Shown: piece after piece, positions 36,537 to 46,171 of the stretch
Layout of the letters: each line of letters begins with the position of its first letter
How positions within the stretch are numbered: position 1 is the stretch's first letter
From: an uncultured Bdellovibrionales bacterium
GTDB lineage: Bacteria > Patescibacteriota > Minisyncoccia > Moranbacterales > GWC2-37-73
Reading direction: 5' to 3'
Length of the DNA: 64,000 nucleotides
NCBI GenBank assembly: GCA_964609855.1
Contig: CAZSTB010000001.1
Coordinates: 119,170 to 183,169, forward strand
Position numbers and translations under genes: made by a program
The notes under the pieces: generated by a model
The model's input: the letters and a program-made list of their open reading frames with translations, nothing else
The model's database searches: none
Told to the model about the DNA's origin: nothing

Positions 36537-38451
36537 AGAACCATCATCAATTGAAACTACAGAAAGACAAGAGGCTCATGAAAAGCATGAAGCTCCGCGA
36601 AGCGTTGAAAAATCTGCTGCGGAAATTGGTGAGCAAATGATAGAGCAAGCAGGAAAAGAAGTTGCTGATTTTCAACAAGAAGGAATTGCTGAACTTGCTC
36701 TAGTCGAGGCACGGGCTGAGAAAGAGGGGCTTTCTATTGATGGCGCAGACAAAGAAGAATTGCAAGGACTAGGCAAAGAAGTAATTATTGCAAAAGAAGA
36801 ATTGGTTGCTGAAATTATGCCTCCATTAATTCCTAATATACCGCCTCCATTACCACAAGAATATCTGCAGAGGTTTTTAGTAACTCCACCTCCATTACCT
36901 AATACGCCCCCGCCACTTCCAGCGGAATATTTAAGCACTATACTGCCGTATTTACCAAGTACGCCTCCGCCTTTGCCTGAGGAGTATTTGCGTAGCACCC
37001 CACCTCCATTGCCAAATATGCCACCACCCTTGCCAGAAATGTCAACAAAAATTCAACAAGAAGAAGAAAAAAGCTCCACCATGAAAGAACGAGTCATTGA
37101 AAATCCTGAATTGTTGAGCGAAAAAGAAGCTTCAAAAAAATTACTTTCAGAAGAACGTATAAAACTTGCACAAGAAATTCGCGAACAAAGAAACGCTCAA
37201 GGCAGCAGGCTTTCTAGAATGAAAAATGTTCTTGAAACTGGACAAGAAAAATTAGAAGGAGAACAAGGCGACAAACAATTTGGAAGACTTTCGCAGTTGC
37301 AAAGCGCTGAAGCTAATTTGATGGCGGAAAGAATTTCTTCTGAAGAATTGAGCGAGCAAGATGCTGGTACAGAGAAAGAAAACATGAATCAGCTTATTGA
37401 AAATAGTGAAAAATTAAAATCAGTAAAGGAAAAAATAAAAGAGCATTACGAAAAGGCTGGTGAGATTTCAAGAGAAAGATTTGAAACCATTCAAAAAAGT
37501 GTAGAACAAACGGCTTTGAGAAATGGAGTATTTTTTGTGCATACAATACAGGAAAGTTCTCTTAAAAGACATAATGAACTCTCGAATGTTGCAAGTGAGG
37601 CAACATATGAAGATGATACCGACATTCTTCTTTCGCTGGAGCCAACGATATCTGCATCATCAATTTTTTCAGGAAAGTCAGAAGAAGGAAAAGTAAGTGG
37701 ATTATGGAGTGATACAGGCGGATTTATATTGGGTGGCGGCGATATTCAATATGCGGACAGAAATGATGCTGATTCTGTAAGTGAAGGAATAAAAAAACGA
37801 ACGATAGTTGGTGGTCCCAATAAGCAATCGATTGAAGATATTGATAAAGTAGTTTCAAAACGTGGAGAAATGGAATCCATGATTAAGGAGCGTGATGGTG
37901 TGAAAATGCAAGAGCAGGGTTCTGTTTATAATGAATTTATAATAAATAATCCTAAGGTTTTTGGATATTATCAGCCAGTTGGAATTGAGGAAGACGAGCT
38001 TTTTGCAGACGGTAAGTATTATGCTGGGGATATAAGTACCAAAACTGACTACGAAGAATTGACTTATATAAAAAGCAGACTTGAAAAATTTAAAACAAGA
38101 CCCGATCTTGTTTCTTCATTCACCATGGAAACTCCAGAACTGTATCAAGAAAAATTATCAGCGTTTCAAGCAAAGATAGCTCGTTTTAAAGAAAGATTTG
38201 AAAAAATGGCTGCGCGAGGTAATTCTCTGTATATAATGACACCAGACAAGAGCATGCATGAATATAATGGAGTAAATGAGGATGGTTCTGTAAACATGGG
38301 AAAACAATTGACACCAGAGGAAGTTGCTACTGGGCGCGCAGGTTTGTCAACTGAAAAGCGTAAAGAGCTTGGCGAAAAAGTTCTTGAGAAAAAAGTGTTT
38401 AAGAAGCAAGAAACCGCTGAAGAAGCAAGACAAATTATAAATAATTTATAA
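36529..38451 (+). CDS. Large acidic hypothetical protein with five tandem PPPLPxEYL proline-rich repeats
   Basis: IPNIPPPLPQEYL / TPPPLPNTPPPLPAEYL / STPPPLPEEYL / TPPPLPNMPPPLPEM. The rest is coiled-coil and charged. Confidence 0.6.
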   Translation: MYKEPSSIETTERQEAHEKHEAPRSVEKSAAEIGEQMIEQAGKEVADFQQEGIAELALVEARAEKEGLSIDGADKEELQGLGKEVIIAKEELVAEIMPPLIPNIPPPLPQEYLQRFLVTPPPLPNTPPPLPAEYLSTILPYLPSTPPPLPEEYLRSTPPPLPNMPPPLPEMSTKIQQEEEKSSTMKERVIENPELLSEKEASKKLLSEERIKLAQEIREQRNAQGSRLSRMKNVLETGQEKLEGEQGDKQFGRLSQLQSAEANLMAERISSEELSEQDAGTEKENMNQLIENSEKLKSVKEKIKEHYEKAGEISRERFETIQKSVEQTALRNGVFFVHTIQESSLKRHNELSNVASEATYEDDTDILLSLEPTISASSIFSGKSEEGKVSGLWSDTGGFILGGGDIQYADRNDADSVSEGIKKRTIVGGPNKQSIEDIDKVVSKRGEMESMIKERDGVKMQEQGSVYNEFIINNPKVFGYYQPVGIEEDELFADGKYYAGDISTKTDYEELTYIKSRLEKFKTRPDLVSSFTMETPELYQEKLSAFQAKIARFKERFEKMAARGNSLYIMTPDKSMHEYNGVNEDGSVNMGKQLTPEEVATGRAGLSTEKRKELGEKVLEKKVFKKQETAEEARQIINNL

Positions 38452-38551
38452 TCAAATTTTTGAAGATAGCTAATAGCATTATTCTTGCAGTGTTCTTCCC
38501 GGTTATGTTTTCATGCTTCTGTTTTATTTTCCCCTCACCACAAAGTTAACA

Positions 38552-38776
38552 ATGATTAATCTATTGGAAACAAGAGGTTTGCTGATTATGCTCGGTGGTT
38601 TTCTATGGGCAGTTGTATTTGGATTGCTATCATTCAAAAAAGAATATTTTTTAGCGATCAGCTTCATAGGATGGGGAATATCTTTTGTCGGCAATGATAT
38701 TGACAGTCGACAAACAGTCGATGTCAATGAGAATCTTTGTAGCGAGCCAAGAAATGACTTGGGGCACGGAAAATAG
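38552..38776 (+). CDS. Possible small 2-TM membrane protein (weak)
   Basis: MINLLETRGLLIMLGGFLWAVVFGLLSF...; short with no homology signal. Confidence 0.2.
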   Translation: MINLLETRGLLIMLGGFLWAVVFGLLSFKKEYFLAISFIGWGISFVGNDIDSRQTVDVNENLCSEPRNDLGHGK

Positions 38777-38977
38777 TGAGGGCACAATTACATGCAAGAC
38801 TGGCGCCAATGCGGGAGTTTATCCCAGTATTTGTAATTAAATACTTATAGCTGTGAAGCAGAATTAATTGGTTAATGAATAGAATTAAAAATAAAAACAG
38901 GCATTGGACAAGAGTCAAAAAACATGCTACAATTAATGTATGCTTGATATGCGGGATTTTTCCCGGAAAAATAAGTA

Positions 38978-39002
38978 AAGACGGGTGAAGCCCGTCTTTT
39001 TT
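38978..39002. terminator. Terminator-like hairpin (paralog of the 20486 hairpin)
   Basis: aaagacgggtgaagcccgtctttttt. Confidence 0.4.
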
Positions 39003-39044
39003 GTGGTAAATATTTAAATTTGGTAGTTTAAAAGGCTTAAATTT

Positions 39045-39602
39045 ATGGAAGAAATCTATAAAACTAAAAAAATATTAAGTGCGGTTGCCAAAAACACCAG
39101 TCTGGGGCGCTTTTTAGGCACTGAAAAAAGCAAGAATGCAGTTTTAGGGGTAATGAATAAGCAGCATATAACAGTGGACCCTGGCAAACTTTCAGGTAGC
39201 AAGAAAGCTGCTTTTTTGAGAGCGGTATCGGATACGCACGTGTTTGGCGCTACCGCTAAGAAAGCTTTCGGCAGCGTTTACGGAAAAAATAAGGAGCAGG
39301 CTGAAAAGCAGCCTGCGGCAGCGGGAAATTCCAGGCAGGAAATTTATGATAAAATTATGAGTAAGAAAAATGGCTTTATGGAAAGAAAAGCTCTTGCTGA
39401 AAATAAAACTTCCAGTGGACCGGCTCGCGAAAAATCAAAAGTTTTGGATTTCCGAGTTAGTGGAATGAATATCAGAGAAGCTGACGGATTACTTGCGAAA
39501 GCGCAGGATAATCGGCATCCAATATATGACACCGGACATGGCATGGGAGCAGGAAATGAAAAAGAGGATAGGATTGCTCGTCTGAAAAATATTCAGTCCT
39601 GA
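39045..39602 (+). CDS. Hypothetical Lys/Ala-rich protein
   Basis: 185 aa, low complexity; no motif recognised. Confidence 0.35.
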   Translation: MEEIYKTKKILSAVAKNTSLGRFLGTEKSKNAVLGVMNKQHITVDPGKLSGSKKAAFLRAVSDTHVFGATAKKAFGSVYGKNKEQAEKQPAAAGNSRQEIYDKIMSKKNGFMERKALAENKTSSGPAREKSKVLDFRVSGMNIREADGLLAKAQDNRHPIYDTGHGMGAGNEKEDRIARLKNIQS

Positions 39603-39626
39603 GAATAAAAGGGGCCATACCTTTTT

Positions 39627-39749
39627 GATGTCATTACTCGCTCGGAAATGGAAACATGCCTTACATATTTCTGCGTTCACTCGGAAAAGAAAAAAAGTAT
39701 AGTTTCTGTTTGAAAATTAATTTCCATTTCGCTCACTTCGCTCGACAAT
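39627..39749. repeat. MITE-like inverted-repeat element, copy 2
   Basis: gatgtcattactcgctcggaaatggaaa...tttccatttcgctcacttcgctcgacaat. Termini are reverse complements of the copy-1 termini. Contains an internal long palindrome. Confidence 0.5.
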
Positions 39750-39781
39750 AAAAATAGGAACCCGCGCTTTGCATCGGATTC

Positions 39782-40108
39782 CTAAAATTCAATTGTGATT
39801 CCCATTTTTTCCAGTACCTTTTTTGTTTGGGGGTCGGAAGCTATCTTCCAACTCGCCGTCGTGACAAGTTTTTCCAGAGAAGGAAATTTTTTTCGTAAGC
39901 TGGGGTTGTCGTATACCAGATTACTAAGGTCGGTTACGAAAGCGTTTAAACTTTCAATTATGCCGTTTCTTTGACTTTCACTGGATTGGTCAAAAATTTT
40001 GCATAGCCTGAAAATTTCGGCTGCTAGGTGAAAGGCGTTCTCTTTGAAACCTTGAAGTTTCTTTGGCGAAATTCTTTGACTGGTGGGATATCTGTATTTG
40101 ATTGTCAA
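39782..40108 (-). CDS. Hypothetical protein
   Basis: 108 aa; no motif recognised. Confidence 0.4.
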   Translation of the reverse strand: MTIKYRYPTSQRISPKKLQGFKENAFHLAAEIFRLCKIFDQSSESQRNGIIESLNAFVTDLSNLVYDNPSLRKKFPSLEKLVTTASWKIASDPQTKKVLEKMGITIEF

Positions 40109-40223
40109 TGTTCTCCTCCTTTTTTGGTAGATATAACTTTCCGGATATTTTAGTATAAAATTAGCGACTTGTCAACATAAGCATTGCTTCCAGTTGTAAT
40201 AATATTATAAATGCGCTAGGATA

Positions 40224-40802
40224 GTGATTATGAATATCATCAAAACAGCACAATTTGTAAAGGGAATCGTAGGCTCTGATTCCATTTTAAAAGAGAAAAT
40301 TCCCCAAATTGCTTTTGTGGGGCGCTCTAATGTGGGAAAATCCAGTGTAATCAATGCGCTTACGGGAACAAAAGGATTAGCGATCTCTTCTTCAACTCCA
40401 GGGCGCACCTTGCAGCTGAATTTCTTCTTGGTTAACGAAAAAGCATATTTCGTCGATCTTCCCGGTTATGGCTATGCTAAGACTTCGCTTAAACAGGCGG
40501 AAAAAATGCGTAGGATGATCATGTGGTATCTTGAGCAAAACGAGCATCGTCCGGATATGGTCGTGCTTATTATCGATGGAAATGTCGGTCCTAAAAAATT
40601 CGATACGGAAATGATGGAATTGCTGACTGAAAATGGCTATAAAGTTGTTGTAGTAGCCAATAAGATGGATAAAGTGAAGGCAAGCGAAATGGTCAAGAAA
40701 AAAAGAATGATCGTGGAGCTTTTGGACAGTGAAAATATCGTTTATTTTTCCACAAAAACAAAAGCAGGAAAAGAAGAGCTGCTAGAAAAGATCTTAGGAT
40801 AA
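40224..40802 (+). CDS. engB: Ribosome-biogenesis GTP-binding protein EngB/YihA/YsxC
   Basis: IAFVGRSNVGKSSVINALTG (G1), DLPGYG (G3), NKMDK (G4). Confidence 0.9.
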   Translation: MIMNIIKTAQFVKGIVGSDSILKEKIPQIAFVGRSNVGKSSVINALTGTKGLAISSSTPGRTLQLNFFLVNEKAYFVDLPGYGYAKTSLKQAEKMRRMIMWYLEQNEHRPDMVVLIIDGNVGPKKFDTEMMELLTENGYKVVVVANKMDKVKASEMVKKKRMIVELLDSENIVYFSTKTKAGKEELLEKILG

Positions 40803-40818
40803 GAAAACTCAATTAGTG

Positions 40819-40848
40819 AAAACTCCAATCTTCAGGTTGGAGTTTTTT
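40819..40848 (+). terminator. Rho-independent terminator
   Basis: aaaactccaatcttcaggttggagtttttt; lies inside the 5' part of listed ORF 40816. Confidence 0.55.
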
Positions 40849-40962
40849 GTTTGTCTTAAGAAAGTTATTGCCCGGCGCCGCTTTTTTTACCTTGAAATAC
40901 TGAAAAAACCGGTCTGTATTAATTTTAGGAATAACCCAGAGTCAGTTAAAAAAATTCTAATT

Positions 40963-41223
40963 ATGAAAAGATGGAGTGAAATCGCGTTGGATTTTATCCA
41001 AGCCGCTCAAGGCGGGGTGAATTTGGTTATTAAGCAGCAAAGAAAAAAGTTTCTAAAAAAGCTCATCGCACTGGCTGTAATTTTTTTGGGAGCTATATTG
41101 CTGCTTAGCGGCATCGCAGGTTTTTTGGGCGAGATGCTGAACGGTAAAAATTGGTCTGGATATTTGCTGGTGGGAATATTGCTGATAATAAGCGGATTTT
41201 TCGTCTCAAAACTTAAAGATTAA
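40963..41223 (+). CDS. Small 2-TM membrane protein (holin-X/phage-shock-like topology)
   Basis: True start is an internal Met downstream of the engB terminator. KKLIALAVIFLGAILLLSGIAGFLG...LLVGILLIISGFFV. Confidence 0.4.
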   Translation: MKRWSEIALDFIQAAQGGVNLVIKQQRKKFLKKLIALAVIFLGAILLLSGIAGFLGEMLNGKNWSGYLLVGILLIISGFFVSKLKD

Positions 41224-41237
41224 ATAATTTTAAAAAT

Positions 41238-41486
41238 ATGAACAAGGAAAAAATGAAAAAAGAATTAGTAAAGATGCTGGATCAATTGGAAGATGATGCC
41301 GGCGAGCTTAAGGATTCGGTTCAGGAGAGTTTGCAGGAGGCTAGGGAAAAAGCGCAGGAAGCTCGAGATAAAGCCAACCGCTATGTCAGGGAAAATCCAG
41401 AAAAATCAGTGCTGGCTGCAGTCGGACTAGGCCTTTTTGTAGGCATTGTTTTGACGATGATGAAGAAGCACAAGTGCGACAGATGA
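41238..41486 (+). CDS. DUF883 (ElaB/YqjD/YgaM-like) C-tail-anchored protein
   Basis: Charged helical N-terminus plus C-terminal TM (SVLAAVGLGLFVGIVL). Confidence 0.6.
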   Translation: MNKEKMKKELVKMLDQLEDDAGELKDSVQESLQEAREKAQEARDKANRYVRENPEKSVLAAVGLGLFVGIVLTMMKKHKCDR

Positions 41487-41579
41487 TAGGGCGGTTAAAG
41501 CAAATCAGAGGTTAAATTTCGAATGTTTTATGAGTAAAATGAAAAAATGCGATTGTCCTTTTAAATAAGGGGATATTTC

Positions 41580-41608
41580 TTGACAATGTTCTTATTTCCT
41601 GCTATATT
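41580..41608 (+). promoter_or_regulatory. Consensus sigma70 promoter (TTGACA-17-TATATT) followed by a short hairpin+T-run in the typA leader
   Basis: ttgacaatgttcttatttcctgctatatt. Hairpin actgcctggcggcagttttttt at 41629-41651. Confidence 0.4.
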
Positions 41609-41751
41609 TGTATGGCTTTGGAAGTCTTACTGCCTGGCGGCAGTTTTTTTAATTTAGTTCGCAAAGTTGGCAGTGTTCGTCAGGTTCATCAAGTGCATAT
41701 TTTATTTGCTTGATAAACTTGAAGAACTTGAAAACTTTAACTCAAAAACCT

Positions 41752-43542
41752 ATGGAAATCAGAAACATTGCAATCATCGCCCATGTGGATCATGGCAAAA
41801 CAACTTTGACTGACGCAATCATGCGCCAGACTGGAATGGTGGAAGAGGGAATAAGTATGGATAATAACGCGCTTGAACAAGAACGCGGGATTACGATTTA
41901 CGCTAAAAATACTTCTATCTTTTATCGTGACACTAAAATTAACATCGTAGACACTCCTGGTCATGCCGACTTCGGCTCTGAAGTGGAGCGCGTGCTTCGT
42001 TCAATCGACAGCGTGCTTTTGATTGTGGATGCACAAGAAGGACCGATGCCTCAGACACGTTTTGTTTTGAAAAAATCTTTAGAGCTTGGCTTGAAACCGA
42101 TCGTGGTGATCAATAAAATCGACAAGCCTGCTGCTGATCCAGATTTGGTTCAGGAGCAAGTGTACGAGCTTTTCATGGATTTGGGAGCAACTGACGAACA
42201 ACTTGATTTCACAACCATGTATGCAATCGGACGCGAAGGAATTGCAAAAGAGCATCTTTCTGATGAATCTTCAAACCTCGAGCCGCTTTTGGATATGATT
42301 TTGCTAAAAGTAAAGCCTGCCAAGGCTGATGCGACTGCTGAACTTCGTATGCAACCTTTCAATCTTGGGTATGACAATTTCTTAGGACGCTTGGCTGTTG
42401 GTCGCATTCATGAGGGAACTATCAAGATGGGAGCAACCTACCTTTTGAAAAAGACTGACGGAACTTCTGAGAAGTCTCGTGTGACCAAACTTTATACTTT
42501 CCGCGGAACTGTGAGGGAAGAAGTTCAAGAAGCTTATGCGGGAGATATTGTGATGGTTGCTGGTTTTCCAAAGATTGATATTGGAGAAACTATTTGTGAA
42601 AACGAAGCGCAGGAAGCTTTGCCTGCTATCACAATTGACGAACCTACTATATCACTTCAATTCATGGTTAATGATTCTCCATTTTGCGGACGTGAAGGAA
42701 AATTTGTGACTTCAAAACAAATTAAAGAACGATTGGAGAAAGAATTGGAAGTAAACGTTGGACTTAATGTTGATTTTTCTACTTCTGAATACTTCACGGT
42801 TTATGGTCGCGGAGAACTTCACATTGCGGTGCTTTTGGAAAATATGCGTCGCGAAGGTTTTGAAATGCAAGTTTCGCAGCCACACGTTATTATTAAAGAC
42901 ATTGACGGTGTGAAATCGGAACCATTTGAAGAAGCTACAATCGATGTTCCTTCTGAACTTGCTGGATCTGTAATCGAAAGCATGGGAAAGCGTAAGGGTT
43001 TGATGACCGATATGCATGTGCACGGAAGCCAGACCAGACTCTTGTTTGAAGTTCCGACTCGTGGAATTTTAGGATTCCGAGGACAATTCGTGGTTGACAC
43101 TAAAGGAGAGGGAATTTTCTCATCACGTGTGATTGGCTTTAAGCCTTACGTTGGAGAAATTAAAAGACGTTCTGTTGGATCAATGATTTCTAATGGAACC
43201 GGAAAAGCTCTTGGATTCTCACTTGCAAATCTTCAAGACCGCGGCGTGCTATATATTGCTGCTGCTACGGAAGTTTATGAGGGGCAGGTTATTGGTAATG
43301 TTACTAAGGGAGAAGAAATGACAGTAAATCCTTTGAAAGGTAAGCAACTTACTAATATGCGCTCTTCAGGAACTGACGATGCGATTCATCTTGTTCCTCC
43401 ATACACAATTTCAATCGAAAGAGGTTTGGAAGTTATTAATGATGATGAATATCTTGAAGTTACGCCAGAATCAGTACGTCTACGAAAACAATACCTGAAA
43501 GAAGGAGACCGAACTAAAGCCGGAAGAAAACCTAAAAAATAG
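41752..43542 (+). CDS. typA: Translational GTPase TypA/BipA
   Basis: IRNIAIIAHVDHGKTTL, DTPGHADF, NKIDK. EF-G-like domains. Start assigned to Met15 of the listed ORF. Confidence 0.9.
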   Translation: MEIRNIAIIAHVDHGKTTLTDAIMRQTGMVEEGISMDNNALEQERGITIYAKNTSIFYRDTKINIVDTPGHADFGSEVERVLRSIDSVLLIVDAQEGPMPQTRFVLKKSLELGLKPIVVINKIDKPAADPDLVQEQVYELFMDLGATDEQLDFTTMYAIGREGIAKEHLSDESSNLEPLLDMILLKVKPAKADATAELRMQPFNLGYDNFLGRLAVGRIHEGTIKMGATYLLKKTDGTSEKSRVTKLYTFRGTVREEVQEAYAGDIVMVAGFPKIDIGETICENEAQEALPAITIDEPTISLQFMVNDSPFCGREGKFVTSKQIKERLEKELEVNVGLNVDFSTSEYFTVYGRGELHIAVLLENMRREGFEMQVSQPHVIIKDIDGVKSEPFEEATIDVPSELAGSVIESMGKRKGLMTDMHVHGSQTRLLFEVPTRGILGFRGQFVVDTKGEGIFSSRVIGFKPYVGEIKRRSVGSMISNGTGKALGFSLANLQDRGVLYIAAATEVYEGQVIGNVTKGEEMTVNPLKGKQLTNMRSSGTDDAIHLVPPYTISIERGLEVINDDEYLEVTPESVRLRKQYLKEGDRTKAGRKPKK

Positions 43543-43564
43543 TATTGCTATAAAAACAGACGAT

Positions 43565-43598
43565 AAAAAATCCCGATGAAAATCGGGATTTTTTTTAT
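43565..43598 (+). terminator. Rho-independent terminator
   Basis: aaaaaatcccgatgaaaatcgggatttttttt. Confidence 0.6.
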
Positions 43599-43640
43599 CT
43601 TAGTTAAGGCATTTTACATTAAACGCGGTGGGACTTCAGT

Positions 43641-44048
43641 TTATCTGTTGGAAATATTTCTGATGGTTTTTGCGCTGATAACGCCATCTGAGGTTGTTCC
43701 AAAAACTTTTACCCTGTCACCAATTTTAATGTCCGACAGTGTAATATTATTCCAAGCCCCATCAAGTAGGCGAGTTTCGGCAGAAATACGCGCACTGAAA
43801 TGCTTAGATTTATTTTCAATGGTTATAAAATTTTCAGAAATTACGCTGACGGTTCCAATAGCAAAGCCGCGGGTATGCGAAATTCTTTCACTTTTTAAAT
43901 TTTTTACCCTCACTATGCGTTCTTGATGGGAGCGCTGAATGCGGGCTGTGGTATCATTTCCAGCATTTGCCCTAAGCGTGAAGCTGGAAGCTCCAATGGC
44001 GAATGCTAAACCTGAAATGGCTAAAGCCTTGCGTACATTTTTTTTCAT
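43641..44048 (-). CDS. Secreted beta-rich small protein (paralog family A, third member)
   Basis: Signal peptide (AFAIGASSFTLRANA). C-terminal alignment with 7507 and 11291 (GxxVxVxGxxxxDGxIxAxxI). Confidence 0.5.
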   Translation of the reverse strand: MKKNVRKALAISGLAFAIGASSFTLRANAGNDTTARIQRSHQERIVRVKNLKSERISHTRGFAIGTVSVISENFITIENKSKHFSARISAETRLLDGAWNNITLSDIKIGDRVKVFGTTSDGVISAKTIRNISNR

Positions 44049-44294
44049 ATTTTTATCTTTGTAAAATGGAAAAGTTAGAAGTAAAATTCAAGAGGAAACT
44101 CTATGTTCGATTTTAAGTTTCTAGTTTTCTTTTGCACGCAGAAAATTAAAATTTTATCCGCACAAGAATTTATACGCGTCCGCTTTCAATTGTTTTCATT
44201 TTTTATGCTCGATTTGATACGGGGGAGATAACAAAGTATTGATTATTTGGCTACTATCAGCTAGAATATTGTATGTGTACAGATTATCTTTTTT

Positions 44295-44753
44295 TTGAAA
44301 AAGTGTATGGAATTTAAAGAAGCTTATGCAAAAATAAAATTGTGGCAGATTGCATTTATTGTTGTGGCATTAATGTTGATTTGCGGACTGTATTTTTTTG
44401 GACTTGATCCCTCAAAAAAAATGTTGGAAAGGCGAAATGCTCAGCGGCGCAACGACGTGACGAATATTTTAAATGCTGTTTACAGATACAATGAAGACCA
44501 TAAGGATGCTAACCTCGAAGGCCTTACCGAAGTTCCGAAAATAATTTGTCGCACTGCGGCGAAATCTTGCGATGGCATGGTTGATATTTCACCTGTGATC
44601 GCTAATGAAAAATATCTTCTGTCCGAGGTTCCTATTGATGTAAATGAAAAAGCTGGAAATGCTTCCGGTTATCTTATTTATAAATCAAAAAAAGGCAGAA
44701 TTAGTGTAGAAGCGGTAAACGCTGAGAATGCGAAAATAATTTTGAGCAAGTAA
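44295..44753 (+). CDS. Hypothetical membrane-anchored protein with a pilin-like N-terminal helix (non-canonical, no GFTLIE site)
   Basis: TM helix then ERRNAQRRNDVTNILNAVYRY resembles the pilin alpha1 helix. The prepilin peptidase motif is absent. Confidence 0.3.
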   Translation: MKKCMEFKEAYAKIKLWQIAFIVVALMLICGLYFFGLDPSKKMLERRNAQRRNDVTNILNAVYRYNEDHKDANLEGLTEVPKIICRTAAKSCDGMVDISPVIANEKYLLSEVPIDVNEKAGNASGYLIYKSKKGRISVEAVNAENAKIILSK

Positions 44754-44770
44754 AAAGTAAAGAAAAATTA

Positions 44771-45385
44771 GTGTTTGATTTAAATTTTCACGACATGGCT
44801 TTCATCGCTGGTTCCATTAAAGGTGGTTCTTATTTTGCTATATTTCTGCTTTCAATATTTATCAGCTACGTAATACCCTTGCCTGAAGTAGTGCTACTTC
44901 TTTTGATTGGGCATATCTTAAGAACTACGGGGATAAACCCGCAAATTACAATTCTTGCCTGCACTGCGGGAATAATATTAGGAGACAACATTCTTTACCG
45001 CTTAAGTTTTTTTGGCAATAAATACGTAGAAAGATTCAAGCACAAAATGCGTAAACACGCACTTATTAGATACGAGAATTTGGTTGAGGATAATATTGGT
45101 AAGACAATTTACTTTTTAAGATTCGTTACTGGCGTGCGATTTTTTGGGCCGGTTATTTCAGGAACTTTGGGAATTTCATGGAAAAAGTTCTTCTTTTATA
45201 ACGCTATTGCCACAATTATCCATAGCATGTTCTTCCTGTTGTTAGGATATTATTACCGAGGCGGCATTGTAATACTTATTACGGAAGTGGAAATTGTTCG
45301 AAATATCCTATTATTTTCTTCAGCTGTAATAGTTGGTGGGCTTATTGGTATCTTTTCTAAGCAGAATAAGATATCTAATAAATAG
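44771..45385 (+). CDS. DedA/TVP38-family membrane protein
   Basis: RFVTGVRFFGPVISGTLGISWKKFFFYNAIATIIHSMFFLLLGY matches the DedA core. Confidence 0.55.
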   Translation: MFDLNFHDMAFIAGSIKGGSYFAIFLLSIFISYVIPLPEVVLLLLIGHILRTTGINPQITILACTAGIILGDNILYRLSFFGNKYVERFKHKMRKHALIRYENLVEDNIGKTIYFLRFVTGVRFFGPVISGTLGISWKKFFFYNAIATIIHSMFFLLLGYYYRGGIVILITEVEIVRNILLFSSAVIVGGLIGIFSKQNKISNK

Positions 45386-45400
45386 TTGAAGGTGATTTGA

Positions 45401-46123
45401 TTAAAAATATTTTTTTACGCTGACAAAATCTTCAGCGATTGCCGGGTGGCAGACAAATTCAATTGTTCCAGCTGGAAGATTATCCAGAAAATTGTCCATA
45501 TCTCTGATCCAGTCAATACTGACAAGCGATTTACTTGAAACATTTGAAGAAGCGGAGAATTTCTTTTTATTTAATATTCTCAGGAGGTGTAAAATCTTGG
45601 ATATCAGTGATGTACTGATGCTGATCCCACTTTCACCGATGCGGATGTATGGAATGGAATATTGCTCCGCTATTTTAAGGGCAAGCTTGAAAAATGGCGG
45701 AAAGAAGTGCACATGCTCATGGGAATTAATGCCGTCAGGATTTCTACCCACTAGCTTATTGAACATTTCAATTTGCTCGCACCAGTCACGTTGAACTTTA
45801 CTGGTGGAAAATTTTCTGGAGACATAGCTCCATAAAAAGGTGAGACCCCTTACAAGGACATTTTTTGGCAAAGCGGTCTGCGCTGGAAATTCATGCTTGA
45901 TATCCAGATGGATATCTAACTTAACCCCACTTTTCAATAACTGGTCGAGCTCGTTTGGTGTGATATTTCCATGCACCATTACCCCAACCCTATCAATTTT
46001 TCCTAGTGAAATAAGATGCAGAATATTCCTATTGGCGCGAGAGCTGAGTCCAAAATCATCTGCTGTTACGATTAAGCGCTGTCTGTCCATTCTGTAAAAT
46101 TCCATAACTTTTGAAGAATTCAT
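45401..46123 (-). CDS. YdjC/ChbG-family carbohydrate deacetylase
   Basis: LIVTADDFGLS...N.NILHLISLGKIDRVGVMVHG N-terminal signature. His-rich metal site (HEHVHFF). Confidence 0.7.
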   Translation of the reverse strand: MNSSKVMEFYRMDRQRLIVTADDFGLSSRANRNILHLISLGKIDRVGVMVHGNITPNELDQLLKSGVKLDIHLDIKHEFPAQTALPKNVLVRGLTFLWSYVSRKFSTSKVQRDWCEQIEMFNKLVGRNPDGINSHEHVHFFPPFFKLALKIAEQYSIPYIRIGESGISISTSLISKILHLLRILNKKKFSASSNVSSKSLVSIDWIRDMDNFLDNLPAGTIEFVCHPAIAEDFVSVKKYF

Positions 46124-46171
46124 TATGTATGATATTATAATCTTAACAAATTAACCAAGAAACACAAACAT

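Noticed and set aside
36339-36545. Frameshift pseudogene joining ORFs 36339 and 36529
   Set aside because: The junction is a standard ATGTATAA start/stop overlap of two separately framed genes, consistent with translational coupling. No evidence of disrupted domains.
40816-40962. N-terminal extension of ORF 40816-41223
   Set aside because: The extension runs through the engB intrinsic terminator hairpin (40819-40848). The internal Met at 40963 gives a compact 2-TM protein.
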